A DNA stretch of 64,000 nucleotides from Thermomicrobiales bacterium (GCA_046328375.1 JAXLWT010000031.1:607-64606); one strand, 5' to 3'. Positions 9,832 to 18,518 are shown, counted from the first letter of the stretch. A program made the numbers and translations. The notes: a model not told the origin generated them from the letters alone.

Positions 9832-10749
9832 CTAATCCCGTTCGATAACCTCACGCTGCATCCGGCAAACGACGGTGTAGGCCGGGTTGTAGACGTTGCC
9901 GATGTCATAGCCGACCGTCTGCCCCATGAGGTGAGAGGCGGAAGCCAGGTCATAGCCATAATCGGTCATCAGCCAGGAGAGCATTTCTGTGGTGGCGTGC
10001 TGCAACGCCTGGTCGAGCGGGCGCGCGTTGCCGACAGTGAAGATCTCCTTGCCGTCGCTGGTGATGCCGCGCGGCCAGGCGATCGTCCAGCCCTTGCGCA
10101 GATCGACGCGCAGTTCCATCTCCATCGAGATCTCGATGCCAGTACCACTGATCTCGCCATCCCCCTGGCGAGCGTGACCATCGCCAGCCGCCAGCAGCGC
10201 GCCGGGTTGCCCGACCGGAAACCAGACCCTGGTGCCAGCGCGGAAGCCGCGCCAGTCCATGTTGCCGCCGTGCGGGCCAGGCGTGGAGGTGGAGATTGCT
10301 TCACCACCCAGGGGGGCCACGCCGAAGCAGCCGATCATCGGGTCCAGCGGCAGCACCAGATCCTGCAGGGCCATCGGCGGATCGACAAGTCGGGTGGTCC
10401 AACTCGCCACGTCCACCGCCCAGTCAGTGGAGGCACGCGCGGGGAAGGTAATCACGGTGTCCGGGTCCACCACGTTCGTGGCCAGGGGGTACCGCGTCCA
10501 GCCGCGATCCCGCGACGGGGTGAGGCGAACGATCTCCACCTCCAGGGCATCCCCTGGTTCTGCACCGTTGACCCAGACGGGACCACTCTGCGGGTTCGGC
10601 GTCTCCCCACGTTGCACCTGGGCGCGATCGTAGCCAAAGGCATCCAGAGTGTGGAAGACGATGGTGTCGCCGGGCTCCACGTGCAGGATCGGCTCATGGG
10701 GACCGAGGGTGTTCACGAACGCGTCTGGGTCGAGGTGATGCAGCGCCAC
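9832..10749 (-). CDS. Acetamidase/formamidase family amidohydrolase
   Basis: It has FmdA/AmdA-like strings (HVEPGDTIVFHTLDAFG, GPVWVNGAEPGD, GGNMDWRGFRAG, GDGHARQGDGEISGTGIE). I preferred GTG 10749 because TGGAGG lies 5 nt upstream. The track start is TTG 10773. Confidence 0.85.
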   Translation of the reverse strand: MALHHLDPDAFVNTLGPHEPILHVEPGDTIVFHTLDAFGYDRAQVQRGETPNPQSGPVWVNGAEPGDALEVEIVRLTPSRDRGWTRYPLATNVVDPDTVITFPARASTDWAVDVASWTTRLVDPPMALQDLVLPLDPMIGCFGVAPLGGEAISTSTPGPHGGNMDWRGFRAGTRVWFPVGQPGALLAAGDGHARQGDGEISGTGIEISMEMELRVDLRKGWTIAWPRGITSDGKEIFTVGNARPLDQALQHATTEMLSWLMTDYGYDLASASHLMGQTVGYDIGNVYNPAYTVVCRMQREVIERD

Positions 10750-10819
10750 ACGTGCCTCCAGGGATAGGGACAAATCAGCGCCCGGATTGTCGCACTCGCG
10801 GGGAACACTCGCGATAACA

Positions 10820-10855
10820 TTGTCATATGCATTTATCGTGATATTGTGATATACT
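10820..10855 (+). promoter_or_regulatory. AT-rich sigma70-like promoter for the small ORF at 10885
   Basis: TTGTCA (10820-25), 16 nt, then TATTGT. This overlaps an extended -10 TGaTATACT (10847-55). The inverted repeat CGATAA...TTATCG and the direct repeat GTGATAT/TGTGATAT lie within it. This is the only strongly AT-rich patch in the neighbourhood. Confidence 0.5.
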
Positions 10856-10884
10856 CAGCGCGTAAGCATGAGAGGAGGACAAAC

Positions 10885-11058
10885 ATGAACGTGCTTCGCA
10901 ATCTGATCAACCGCATGAGTGGCAGTGGCAGCGCCCGCTTCGAGCGCTACTACGGTGACATCGCCCACGAGGGTGTTGGTTACCCGACCGCTGACGAAGC
11001 CCGCCGGGACATGCTGCGGCACGACGCCGCGGTGAACCGCTATGGCTGGGTCCGCTAA
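10885..11058 (+). CDS. Small hypothetical protein (57 aa)
   Basis: Translation is MNVLRNLINRMSGSGSARFERYYGDIAHEGVGYPTADEARRDMLRHDAAVNRYGWVR. A strong SD (GAGAGGAGG) lies 5 nt before the ATG. The gene sits between its own promoter and terminator. Confidence 0.6.
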   Translation: MNVLRNLINRMSGSGSARFERYYGDIAHEGVGYPTADEARRDMLRHDAAVNRYGWVR

Positions 11059-11097
11059 TGCGGGGCCGAACACCCCGCGTTCGGATATCTGATTGAT

Positions 11098-11136
11098 ACG
11101 GCCCCTGATCGCAAGAACAGGGGCCGTACTGTTTCT
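11098..11136 (+). terminator. Rho-independent-type terminator hairpin
   Basis: ACGGCCCCTG, a 10-nt loop, CAGGGGCCGT, followed by the T-rich stretch actgtttct. A smaller hairpin (GCGGGG...CCCCGC, 11060-11078) precedes it. Confidence 0.6.
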
Positions 11137-11250
11137 CCCTGGCAAACCACCCGCAGCAGGCGGCACGCGGCCGGTCTCCCCTCGGAGCCCCGAGTTTCCC
11201 TCGCAGACCACGTACCTGTGGAACCCTCGTTCGTTTTGCTGATTCGCTCC

Positions 11251-11273
11251 GGAATCCGTATTTCTACGGATTC
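11251..11273 (+). promoter_or_regulatory. Conserved quasi-palindromic box upstream of a Cys-rich Tat-protein gene (copy 1)
   Basis: The box is GGAATCCGTATTTCTACGGATTC, a perfect 9-bp inverted repeat (GAATCCGTA / TACGGATTC) with spacer tttc. It begins 87 nt before GTG 11338. It matches 35401..35422 at 19 of 22 positions. Confidence 0.5.
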
Positions 11274-11337
11274 GGTGGCGTGCGAAAACCGCTAACGTGC
11301 CAACTGAGGAACGACGTCGGTCACCAGGGAGGCTCGT

Positions 11338-11832
11338 GTGGAATCAGATCGCTTTGACACCCTTGCGCGGCATGTTGCACCCCATCTCTCCCGCCGCGGC
11401 TTGACCGGGTTGGCCCTGTTGGCGCTGGCCAGTTTTGGCATGGCCAGCGAAACCGATGCTCGCAAGAAGCGCAAGAAGCACAAGCGGAAGAACAAGGGCA
11501 CGAAGTGCACGGGGTGCACGGCCTGCCAGTCATGCGTGAATGGCGTATGCCAACCGTCGGCAGACGGACTCGCCTGCGGGAGATCGGGCGTCTGCATCAA
11601 TGGCTTCTGCAGCCTGGCGTGCGATCCGAACGGTGATGGCTGCGCCGGCAGTGCCGGCTGCATGACACGCAAGTCGGAGGATGGCAGCGTGTGCGTACCT
11701 GCCTCGGGTGACCCATGCTTCAACACAGAATGTGATGACGATGCCGATTGCCCACAGGGGCAGGCGTGCGTCTCCACAATCTGCATCGATTTCACGACAG
11801 GGCACTGCGCTCCGGTCATCGCCGCAGGGTGA
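11338..11832 (+). CDS. Small secreted Cys-rich protein: Tat signal plus polybasic run plus an 18-Cys domain (family member P1)
   Basis: GTG start with GGGAGG 5 nt upstream. The signal region is MESDRFDTLARHVAPHLSRRGLTGLALLALASFGMASETDA, then RKKRKKHKRKNKGTK, then CTGCTACQSCVNGVCQP...GQACVSTIC.... Confidence 0.8.
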   Translation: MESDRFDTLARHVAPHLSRRGLTGLALLALASFGMASETDARKKRKKHKRKNKGTKCTGCTACQSCVNGVCQPSADGLACGRSGVCINGFCSLACDPNGDGCAGSAGCMTRKSEDGSVCVPASGDPCFNTECDDDADCPQGQACVSTICIDFTTGHCAPVIAAG

Positions 11833-11870
11833 TCAATCACCTCGCTCACTGACGAGGCCCGCACACGAAC

Positions 11871-11900
11871 GGACCGGGCAGGTGAGTACCTGCCCGGTCC
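11871..11900. terminator. Bidirectional terminator hairpin between convergent genes
   Basis: GGACCGGGCAGGT, loop gagt, ACCTGCCCGGTCC (13-bp perfect stem). It lies between the stops at 11832 (+) and 11928 (-). Confidence 0.6.
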
Positions 11901-11927
11901 GATGCTGCGCGGAGAGTCGTCTCAGCG

Positions 11928-12470
11928 TTACTCGGGGACGCAGATCACGTAGGTGGTGACCTCGAATGTCCAGGGCGTCGTGATGAACTCCACCACAGTT
12001 GTCCAGCCCACTGGCACGTCATCACCGTTCAGGTCTGGATAGGTCGACCGAACACGGGCAAATGTCGTGACGGACGTTCCTTCATACCCTCCACCGGTGG
12101 CAACATAGCCGCTCGGGCAACTCGCAGTGCACCCGTCTGTCGCGCCGTCTGACCCTGGTGGGGTTCCATCCGGGAAGGAGCAGGTCTGCCGCTCCACGAT
12201 GATACTGGCGCCCGCCGGAGGCCCATCAGGCCCGGTCGGCCCGCTTGGTCCACTTGGGCCATTTGGCCCCTCAGGACCCTTCTTGCCGCGCCGGCCCCGT
12301 CGCCCGCGCCGTCGCCGCCACCGCTCCGAGTGGGCTTCATCCTTCTTGGCCTCGGCGTTGCCCGCCAGGGCCAGCCCGCCAGCGGCGGCGGCCACACCCA
12401 GCGCCAATCGCCGGGTGGTCACCCCAGCCGCCAGGCGGCTCAGTTCCTCCAGGCGCGATTCATCAAGCAC
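11928..12470 (-). CDS. Secreted protein: Tat signal plus Arg/Lys-rich run plus a collagen-like GPx run plus a Cys-containing beta-rich domain (family member P2)
   Basis: I preferred GTG 12470 because GCAGGAG lies 6 nt upstream. This gives VLDESRLEELSRLAAGVTTRRLALGVAAAAGGLALAGNAEA, then KKDEAHSERWRRRRGRRGRRGKKG, then PEGPNGPSGPSGPTGPDGPP. The track start, TTG 12506, adds 12 aa. Confidence 0.75.
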   Translation of the reverse strand: MLDESRLEELSRLAAGVTTRRLALGVAAAAGGLALAGNAEAKKDEAHSERWRRRRGRRGRRGKKGPEGPNGPSGPSGPTGPDGPPAGASIIVERQTCSFPDGTPPGSDGATDGCTASCPSGYVATGGGYEGTSVTTFARVRSTYPDLNGDDVPVGWTTVVEFITTPWTFEVTTYVICVPE

Positions 12471-12656
12471 GCCACAATCTCCTGCCCCGTCATCAGGGGA
12501 CTCCAACGCTGCCAGGGCAGCGCTGCCTGCCCCGCCTGCCTACTCTACGGCATATGAGTTCACTGCGTGCACAGGATGAACGGAACGTCAAGTTTTCAGG
12601 ACCACTGTATGTCACCAGTGGCACAGTTTCATGCAAGAACAGGCCGCGCTCGGAAC

Positions 12657-14306
12657 CTAGGCGCTCTCGTCCTCCGGTTCATTCAGGACGCTCGCCACTT
12701 CCTGCGCGGCCCGCGCGCCCGCTCGTGCGGCACCTTCCATGAAGCCCGTGAGACCAAGCGTGCACGCATCTCCCGCGAAGTGGATCCGTCCCTGGGGCAC
12801 CGCCTCGTAGCCACCAAAAGTGGTGACCTGGCCAACGGTGTAGGTCGGGTAACTGCCAAGCAGGTTGGGATCTCCCGCCGGGTAACTCAGCGTCGCCGTC
12901 CCCGTGTAGTGCTCTGTTGCGCCCGGCAAGACCTCTTCCAGCAACGCCAGGAACTGTTCTGCAAACGCGGCGGTCAGCGGCGAGTCCAGGGAGGTTGTGA
13001 ATGGCCCGTCGGGCATGAACCCGGCTCCAATAACGCCTCCGGTGAACAGGTTGATGATGCCAGCCGTTCCAGCCTGCCCCCGGCTGACTTCCCAGGTCGT
13101 CTGGAAGCCAAGGTCCGTGAAGACGAAGCCATTCGCGACGCCGGGCCAGGGCCCGGTGGTACGCCAGAAGCGCTCGTCGAATTGCAGCTGCAGCTTCGCG
13201 TTCGTGCCGTAGCTCAGTTCGCTGATGGCCTGTCGCTTGAGCGGATCAAATGCCGCGTGCACGATGCTCAAGGTGCGCAACACGCTGAACGGGATCGCCA
13301 GGATCACACGGTCGAAGTGCTCCTCGCGGAAACCGGCTTCCGTGGCGAAGGCCAGCGTGACGCCATCCACCTGCTGCGTCACCGCGGTGAGCCGCCAGTT
13401 GGTACGGACCTCGCAGGCAGGAGACGTCGAGGCGACGTACGCGGCAATCGCTTCCGGCAGCCGCTGATTCCCACCCTCGATGTGGTAGCGCTCGTCGGAT
13501 GCCCCCAGGACCTCCGGGTTGTCCGGGTCTGGCTGATCCGCCAGGGGAATGATGAGCGCGAGCGCACTCTGCTCGGAGGTATCGCGTCCGTTCTCGGTGG
13601 TGTACGCCGCATCGAGCAACTTCCCGAGTGGCGAGCCCAGCCCGCCGGGGACAAACTGGTCGATCCACTGGGCGATGCTCATGTGGTCGAACAGGTACGC
13701 CTCGGGCGTGTAGACGTCGTAGCGCGTTTCTGGACCAAATGTTGCCGCCTGCTCCACCGCAATCCGGTAGACCGGCAGGAAATCGCGGTTCGCCTCATCC
13801 TCTGTGTAGTAGTGCCCGTTGAAGAAGTAGGTGTCCTCGGCTTCCGGATCCATCGCCTCCAGGAGATCGACGAGCGGCAGGTCAAAGCGAGCGGCCAACT
13901 CCTGTATGACCGTGTGACCAGTGTCGATGAGTTCGGCACACCATTCGCTTGTCTGGTCATCGGCCCAGGTGGTGGTGTTGGAGTGCATGCGCCCGCCGAT
14001 GCGGTCAGACGCCTCGAAGATCGTGCTGGGGATACCCGCATCGTGGAGAGCCAGCGCTGCGGACAGACCACCGATACCGGCGCCCACGATGCCTACTCTC
14101 GGCGTCCCCGGAACAGGCGTAGCCTGTGCCCGTGCTGAACGCCGCTCCACGCCGCCAAAAAGTGCCAGCCCAGCGGTTGCGCCAGCGCCGGCCAGGACGA
14201 CACGCCGGGAAACTCGCGGGGTGTCTGTGCCCTGGATCTGTGCGTCTGCCATCGCAGCGCGCCTTGCCATTGCGAGCACCGCGCGCATCGCGGTTGATCG
14301 GGCCAT
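12657..14306 (-). CDS. Flavin-containing amine oxidase (monoamine oxidase-like) with a Tat signal
   Basis: ATG 14306 is preceded by AAGGAGGAG. The twin-arginine motif is SRRVVLAGAG. The FAD dinucleotide motif is VGIVGAGIGGLSAALAL...EASDRIGGR. The C-terminus reads IHFAGDA. The upstream 110 aa of the track ORF look non-coding. Confidence 0.9.
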   Translation of the reverse strand: MARSTAMRAVLAMARRAAMADAQIQGTDTPRVSRRVVLAGAGATAGLALFGGVERRSARAQATPVPGTPRVGIVGAGIGGLSAALALHDAGIPSTIFEASDRIGGRMHSNTTTWADDQTSEWCAELIDTGHTVIQELAARFDLPLVDLLEAMDPEAEDTYFFNGHYYTEDEANRDFLPVYRIAVEQAATFGPETRYDVYTPEAYLFDHMSIAQWIDQFVPGGLGSPLGKLLDAAYTTENGRDTSEQSALALIIPLADQPDPDNPEVLGASDERYHIEGGNQRLPEAIAAYVASTSPACEVRTNWRLTAVTQQVDGVTLAFATEAGFREEHFDRVILAIPFSVLRTLSIVHAAFDPLKRQAISELSYGTNAKLQLQFDERFWRTTGPWPGVANGFVFTDLGFQTTWEVSRGQAGTAGIINLFTGGVIGAGFMPDGPFTTSLDSPLTAAFAEQFLALLEEVLPGATEHYTGTATLSYPAGDPNLLGSYPTYTVGQVTTFGGYEAVPQGRIHFAGDACTLGLTGFMEGAARAGARAAQEVASVLNEPEDESA

Positions 14307-14571
14307 TGATCTCCTCCTTACCTGGCTGGGGTGCATGCCCGGCCAGGACACACTGTAGCGAGAGCGACGAAGCTTGCCACCAGTAATCTCTGCGGGGTTT
14401 TGGTGATCCGGGGCGAAAACACGCGGACAGCGCGGACACACTCCGCCGGCCAGTGGCAGATGCCGGGCGCCGAGTAGACACCTACGGAGGCACCCGTATG
14501 CTGGGCTCCAACCCGGTTTACCCTGAGGTCCCGCTGCCGGCGGGACCTCACGACGCACCGCACGAAACGGA

Positions 14572-15075
14572 GTGGAGACGGCCGCGACGACACGAATCCG
14601 CTCGGCGCTTGGTTGCGTCCCGGCTCTGATGCTCATGACTGGCGCGAGTGCCGTGTTCGCGCAGGAGGCGACGACTGCCGCAAGTCCGTCGATAGCGCAG
14701 GCCTACGGCGACACCTGGTCATCGGGGAATGCTGCTGAGGTCGCTGCGCTCTCCACCGAGGATGCGGTGCGCGACGATGTGCCAACCTCGACGGTCTCGG
14801 ACGGCCGCGACGCTATCGAAAAACTCGCGCAAGCCCTGTTTGCCAGTGACGACGCTGTCCGCCTCGAGGTCACTGACGGCTTCGTAGGCGAAAACTGGGC
14901 CGTTATCGAATGGACCTTCTCCGGCAAGAACCCGGCAACCGGCCGCGAAGTGACCTTCCGCGGCGCTTCGGTGCTGGAACTCAAGGACGGCCTGATCAGC
15001 GAAGAGCGCGACTATTACGACCTGCCGGAGATGCTCGCGCAGATCGGCGCAGCGTCAGCCACCCCTGCCCCGTAG
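14572..15075 (+). CDS. SnoaL-like (NTF2 fold, ester-cyclase-like) protein with a Sec-type signal peptide
   Basis: GTG start. The signal is ...ALMLMTGASAVFA/QEA. The core reads WSSGNAAEVAALSTEDAVRDD...VIEWTFSGKN...RGASVLELKDGLISEERDYYD. Confidence 0.8.
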   Translation: METAATTRIRSALGCVPALMLMTGASAVFAQEATTAASPSIAQAYGDTWSSGNAAEVAALSTEDAVRDDVPTSTVSDGRDAIEKLAQALFASDDAVRLEVTDGFVGENWAVIEWTFSGKNPATGREVTFRGASVLELKDGLISEERDYYDLPEMLAQIGAASATPAP

Positions 15076-15188
15076 ACATCCGTACGCCACGACGGACGCG
15101 TGTTCGAAACTCTTCGCCTGTTCAACGTGCGACGGCGTTGGGAGGACCGCGACCTGCCATTTCGCGCACACGCACTCGCCAGGGACGT

Positions 15189-15221
15189 GGCCAGGCGGGG
15201 CGACTGTCGCCCCGCCTGGCC
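15189..15221 (+). terminator. Strong hairpin downstream of 14572..15075
   Basis: GGCCAGGCGGGGCGAC t GTCGCCCCGCCTGGCC (16-bp perfect stem). No clear T-tract follows. Confidence 0.55.
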
Positions 15222-15236
15222 GCTACACTCGCCGGC

Positions 15237-16409
15237 GTGACCACCACCGGCGGGAATGCCCAACTCATCGACGCTCTTCGCGCAGAGATCGCGGCCCAGG
15301 ACGGACGTATCCCCTTTACCCGCTTCATGGAACTGGCGCTCTACCACCCCGACTGGGGGTACTACCACGCGGCACAACGCCGCCCGGGCCGCCCCGGAGA
15401 TTTCCTGACCGCGCCCGAGGCGCACCCGTTTTTTGGCATCACGCTCGCCCGCCAGGTCGCGGAATGCTGGGAACGCCTGGAGCGCCCGGACCCGTTCGTC
15501 GTGCGCGAGTACGGCCCGGGGGTAGGCGGGCTTGCCTGGGACATCATCGGCGGCCTGCAGCGGGAACATCCAGCCTGCCTCGCCGCGCTCACCTACGAAC
15601 TCGTGGAGCGGAACCCACAACGCGTGGCGGAGGCCCTGGCGGCGTTTCGCGACGAGGGCCTCGGCGAGGTCGTGTGCGCGGTCGATCCCGAGGAGATCGA
15701 CATCCGTCCCCCCATCACCGGCGTGATCCTGGCCAATGAGGTGGCCGACGCCTTCCCGGTTCACCGCCTCATCTGGCAGGACGGGGACCTGCGCGAAGGG
15801 TGGGTGACCTGGGACGGCACAGGCTTTGCCGAGCAGATCGCCGAGCTTTCGCCACAGGCCCGGCAGGCCGATCCAGCCGGGATGCTCAGCGCCAACGGCA
15901 TCAGCCTCCAGGAGGGTGACCGGATCGAGATCAGTCCGGCCGCCGCGGCCTGGTTCGCGGCGGCCGCGTCCCGGCTGGAGCGTGGGTACGTCATCGTCAT
16001 TGACTACGGCTATCCCGCCGCGCAGCTCTACCAGGCGCACCGCCTCGAGGGGACAGTGCGCGCCTACCGTGCCCACACGGTGACGGATGACCCGTTTGCC
16101 AACGTCGGGGAGCAGGACCTCACGGCGCACGTCGATTTCACGGCGCTGCGAGAAGCGGGCGAGCGGGCGGGCCTCACCTTTGCTGGCCAGACGAACCAGG
16201 CCGCCTTCCTGACGGGTCTCGACATGGGAAGCCTGATGGTGACCCTTGGCCAGGACCCGGAGACCACCATGGAGGAGTACCTGGCCGCCCAGGCCGCGGT
16301 GCTTCGCCTGATCGACCCTGGCAGCCTCGGCCGTTTCGGCGTCCTCCTCATGGCGCGGGATGCCCCGGTCGATCCGCCGTTGCGCGGGCTGAGCTTTCCA
16401 CCCTTGTAG
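15237..16409 (+). CDS. MidA/NDUFAF7-family SAM-dependent methyltransferase (DUF185)
   Basis: Family strings: IPFTRFMELALYHPDWGYYH...GDFLTAPEAHPFFG...EYGPGVGGLAWD...ILANEVADAFPVH...DLTAHVDF. The start is uncertain. I chose in-frame GTG 15237. The track ORF start at 14910 overlaps the previous gene. Confidence 0.8.
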   Translation: MTTTGGNAQLIDALRAEIAAQDGRIPFTRFMELALYHPDWGYYHAAQRRPGRPGDFLTAPEAHPFFGITLARQVAECWERLERPDPFVVREYGPGVGGLAWDIIGGLQREHPACLAALTYELVERNPQRVAEALAAFRDEGLGEVVCAVDPEEIDIRPPITGVILANEVADAFPVHRLIWQDGDLREGWVTWDGTGFAEQIAELSPQARQADPAGMLSANGISLQEGDRIEISPAAAAWFAAAASRLERGYVIVIDYGYPAAQLYQAHRLEGTVRAYRAHTVTDDPFANVGEQDLTAHVDFTALREAGERAGLTFAGQTNQAAFLTGLDMGSLMVTLGQDPETTMEEYLAAQAAVLRLIDPGSLGRFGVLLMARDAPVDPPLRGLSFPPL

Positions 16410-16543
16410 GCCGCAGGAACAGGGCAACCATCGTGAACGCGGCGTCTGCTGGCGTTTCCCCGAAATGTGGTTGCCAGCAACCGCGCGATGCGTCACGCTA
16501 CGCCAAGCAACATCCAGGCGTGACCGCAGGGGAGAAGGTGTCC

Positions 16544-16903
16544 GTGTTGGTATTCCTGCAGGGGGCGGAAATGCAGCCCTCGCGTATTCGCGCGTCCTGG
16601 CCAGACGCGCAGTTCGTGGCCCGCGCCCGGTTGACACCGCGCCCCCACGGTGGGGTTTTCCCTGTGGCCAATCCGGCCTACGCGGCGTGGGGTATCGTCA
16701 TTGAGGCGCCAGCAGACGTCGAGGGCGAGGCGCGGCACGTGATGACCGATGAGGGCCACCACCTCCAGGTCGTCGTTCCCGCGCCGGACGACGCTGATCC
16801 GAAGGCGGTACTCGCCGCTGCCAAGTACTGGGAACTCCCCCCACCCTACGTGCGAGGCCTGGCGTTTACAGCGGCCGTGCCGGTGGAGGAGTATTTCTAC
16901 TAG
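16544..16903 (+). CDS. Gamma-glutamylcyclotransferase-like (AIG2/GGCT fold) protein
   Basis: C-terminal part of track ORF 16433..16903. It reads VLVFLQGAEMQPSRIRASWPDAQFVARARL...AWGIVIE.... GGAGAAGG lies 5 nt before GTG 16544. Both the family call and the start are tentative. Confidence 0.55.
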   Translation: MLVFLQGAEMQPSRIRASWPDAQFVARARLTPRPHGGVFPVANPAYAAWGIVIEAPADVEGEARHVMTDEGHHLQVVVPAPDDADPKAVLAAAKYWELPPPYVRGLAFTAAVPVEEYFY

Positions 16904-17020
16904 GGATTTCGGGTGTAATCTGCGGCCGGGCACCCGGCGGGCACCAGTCAGGATCACAGGGATCAGATTTCGCAGCGCGGCGTTATGTTGTCAGGACATC
17001 CAGATTCCGAAAGGACCTCC

Positions 17021-17281
17021 ATGGCAAACCAGATTCTCGAAATTCTCTTGATGGCCTTACAGCTCCTCACCTACGCCTTGCTGGGACGTGCGCTGCTCTC
17101 CTGGGTTGATCCGCGTCAGCAGTGGGCCATCAGCCGGGTGCTTGCCGATATCACCGATCCGGTCATCGCGCCGCTGCGGCGGGTGATCCCGCCCGTGGGG
17201 ATGATCGATATCTCGTTCATCGTGGCCATCCTGCTCATCCAGGTCCTGCAACGGCTGCTCATCCAGGCGATGTACGCCTGA
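17021..17281 (+). CDS. yggT: YggT family membrane protein
   Basis: Translation from ATG 17021 reads MANQILEILLMALQLLTYALLGRALLSWVDPRQ...ITDPVIAPLRRVIPPVGMIDISFIVAILL, the typical YggT signature. Confidence 0.85.
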   Translation: MANQILEILLMALQLLTYALLGRALLSWVDPRQQWAISRVLADITDPVIAPLRRVIPPVGMIDISFIVAILLIQVLQRLLIQAMYA

Positions 17282-17311
17282 CGCAACCCAGCGCGTCAAC
17301 GTGATCGAGTA

Positions 17312-17351
17312 CAGCCAGCGCGGCGAAGTTTCGCCGCGCTGGCTGCGTTTT
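17312..17351 (+). terminator. Rho-independent terminator
   Basis: CAGCCAGCGCGGCGAA gt TTCGCCGCGCTGGCTG (16-bp stem), followed by cgTTTTgt. Confidence 0.7.
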
Positions 17352-17429
17352 GTGACCTGGCCGCCAACTGCTCCTGGCCCTGACGGATCTGCCCTGCGCC
17401 GGTCCAAGGCGGCGCGTGGCGCCGTCGGG

Positions 17430-18518
17430 CTAGTTCCAGAACGCGCGAATCTTGTCCAGGTCCGCTTCCGCCCGCTTCTGGCCAAATGCAATCTGCGGCA
17501 GGATGTATTTCGGGTCCATGATGCTGTCGATCTTCGTCGATCCGGGCTCCAACCCTGCCACGATCAGGATCGTCTCTGTCCCGCCTGCCTCCAGGTCAGC
17601 AACTTCCTGCTGCAGCGTGTTGGGCATCCCGGACGTGCGCAGGCCCTCCGGCACCGCCTCTGGTCCACCGTCCGACAGCGAGAAGACCAACGCCTTCTTG
17701 ACGCCGGCCACCACGTCACAGTGCGTGCTGGTCTGGCACATCCCACCATCCATGCAGAGGCGATCCTTGAGCCAGGTGGGGCCTGTTGTGCCGGGCAGCG
17801 ACGAACTGGCGCCGCAGGCGACGTTGACCGGGATTCCATCGGCTTGGGAGACGATGATCCGCTCCCCGGTGTAGCAATCATTCGCTGTGGTGTACAGCGC
17901 CGGCGACGGCCAGGCGGTGATCCCGATCACCTGCTCGACGGAGTCTTCGTACTGGAACGGTCCATCGGCATTACGTGCGGCCATCGCCGCCCGGCCAATG
18001 GCCTGGATCGTTTCCGGCTTCGCGTCCTTTGCGCCAAGGGTGATCTCATGGGCGCGGAGCTGGCTGGCGTTTGGCGCCCCACCCGGGAGGAGCTTGCCGA
18101 ACAGGAAAGGAAACGTGCCCAGGGCGTCCAGTTCCTGCGTCACCGCCGCCAGCATCCCGCTGGCCAGAATGGCCCCGCCCAGCGAGCCCGCCGACGTGCC
18201 GACGATGATGTCTGCCTTGCTGAGATCCACACCATTCTTCAGGAGTGTATTGAAGTAACCTACATAGAACGAGAGCAGGTAGATCCCTCCACCGCCCAGC
18301 ACCAGCGCCCGCTCTTTTCCAGTTCCCAACGACGGCGAATACGGAATGGGATGCGCCAAGCCATCGTCAAAGCCGGGAACCGGCGTTGCGTCCTGCTGCA
18401 GCAGGCGACCCCACCGTCCATCACCCGGGAAGATTGCCCGGCCGGCCGCCGGATTCCCAGACACACTTGCCGCCACAGCACCACCAGCCAGGGCAGAAAG
18501 AAGCCGTCGCCTGCGCAT
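17430..18518 (-). CDS. Patatin-like phospholipase with a Tat signal
   Basis: The signal is MRRRRLLSALAGGAVAA. The oxyanion motif is LVLGGGGIY. The nucleophile elbow is GTSAGS. The catalytic Asp region is MDGGM. I preferred ATG 18518 over 18581. Confidence 0.85.
   Translation of the reverse strand: MRRRRLLSALAGGAVAASVSGNPAAGRAIFPGDGRWGRLLQQDATPVPGFDDGLAHPIPYSPSLGTGKERALVLGGGGIYLLSFYVGYFNTLLKNGVDLSKADIIVGTSAGSLGGAILASGMLAAVTQELDALGTFPFLFGKLLPGGAPNASQLRAHEITLGAKDAKPETIQAIGRAAMAARNADGPFQYEDSVEQVIGITAWPSPALYTTANDCYTGERIIVSQADGIPVNVACGASSSLPGTTGPTWLKDRLCMDGGMCQTSTHCDVVAGVKKALVFSLSDGGPEAVPEGLRTSGMPNTLQQEVADLEAGGTETILIVAGLEPGSTKIDSIMDPKYILPQIAFGQKRAEADLDKIRAFWN

Noticed and set aside
11251-11273. 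I considered reading the box as an ECF-sigma promoter, with GGAAT as a GGAAC-like -35 element.
   Set aside because: No conserved CGT-type -10 element lies at 16-17 nt in both copies. What is conserved is the palindrome itself, so I kept the operator or hairpin interpretation.
14910-15236. The N-terminal 109 aa of the track ORF 14910..16409 (MidA-like).
   Set aside because: This part overlaps the 3' end of the SnoaL-like gene and spans a 16-bp-stem terminator hairpin. Its sequence is Arg/Pro-rich shadow. The conserved MidA region starts after GTG 15237.
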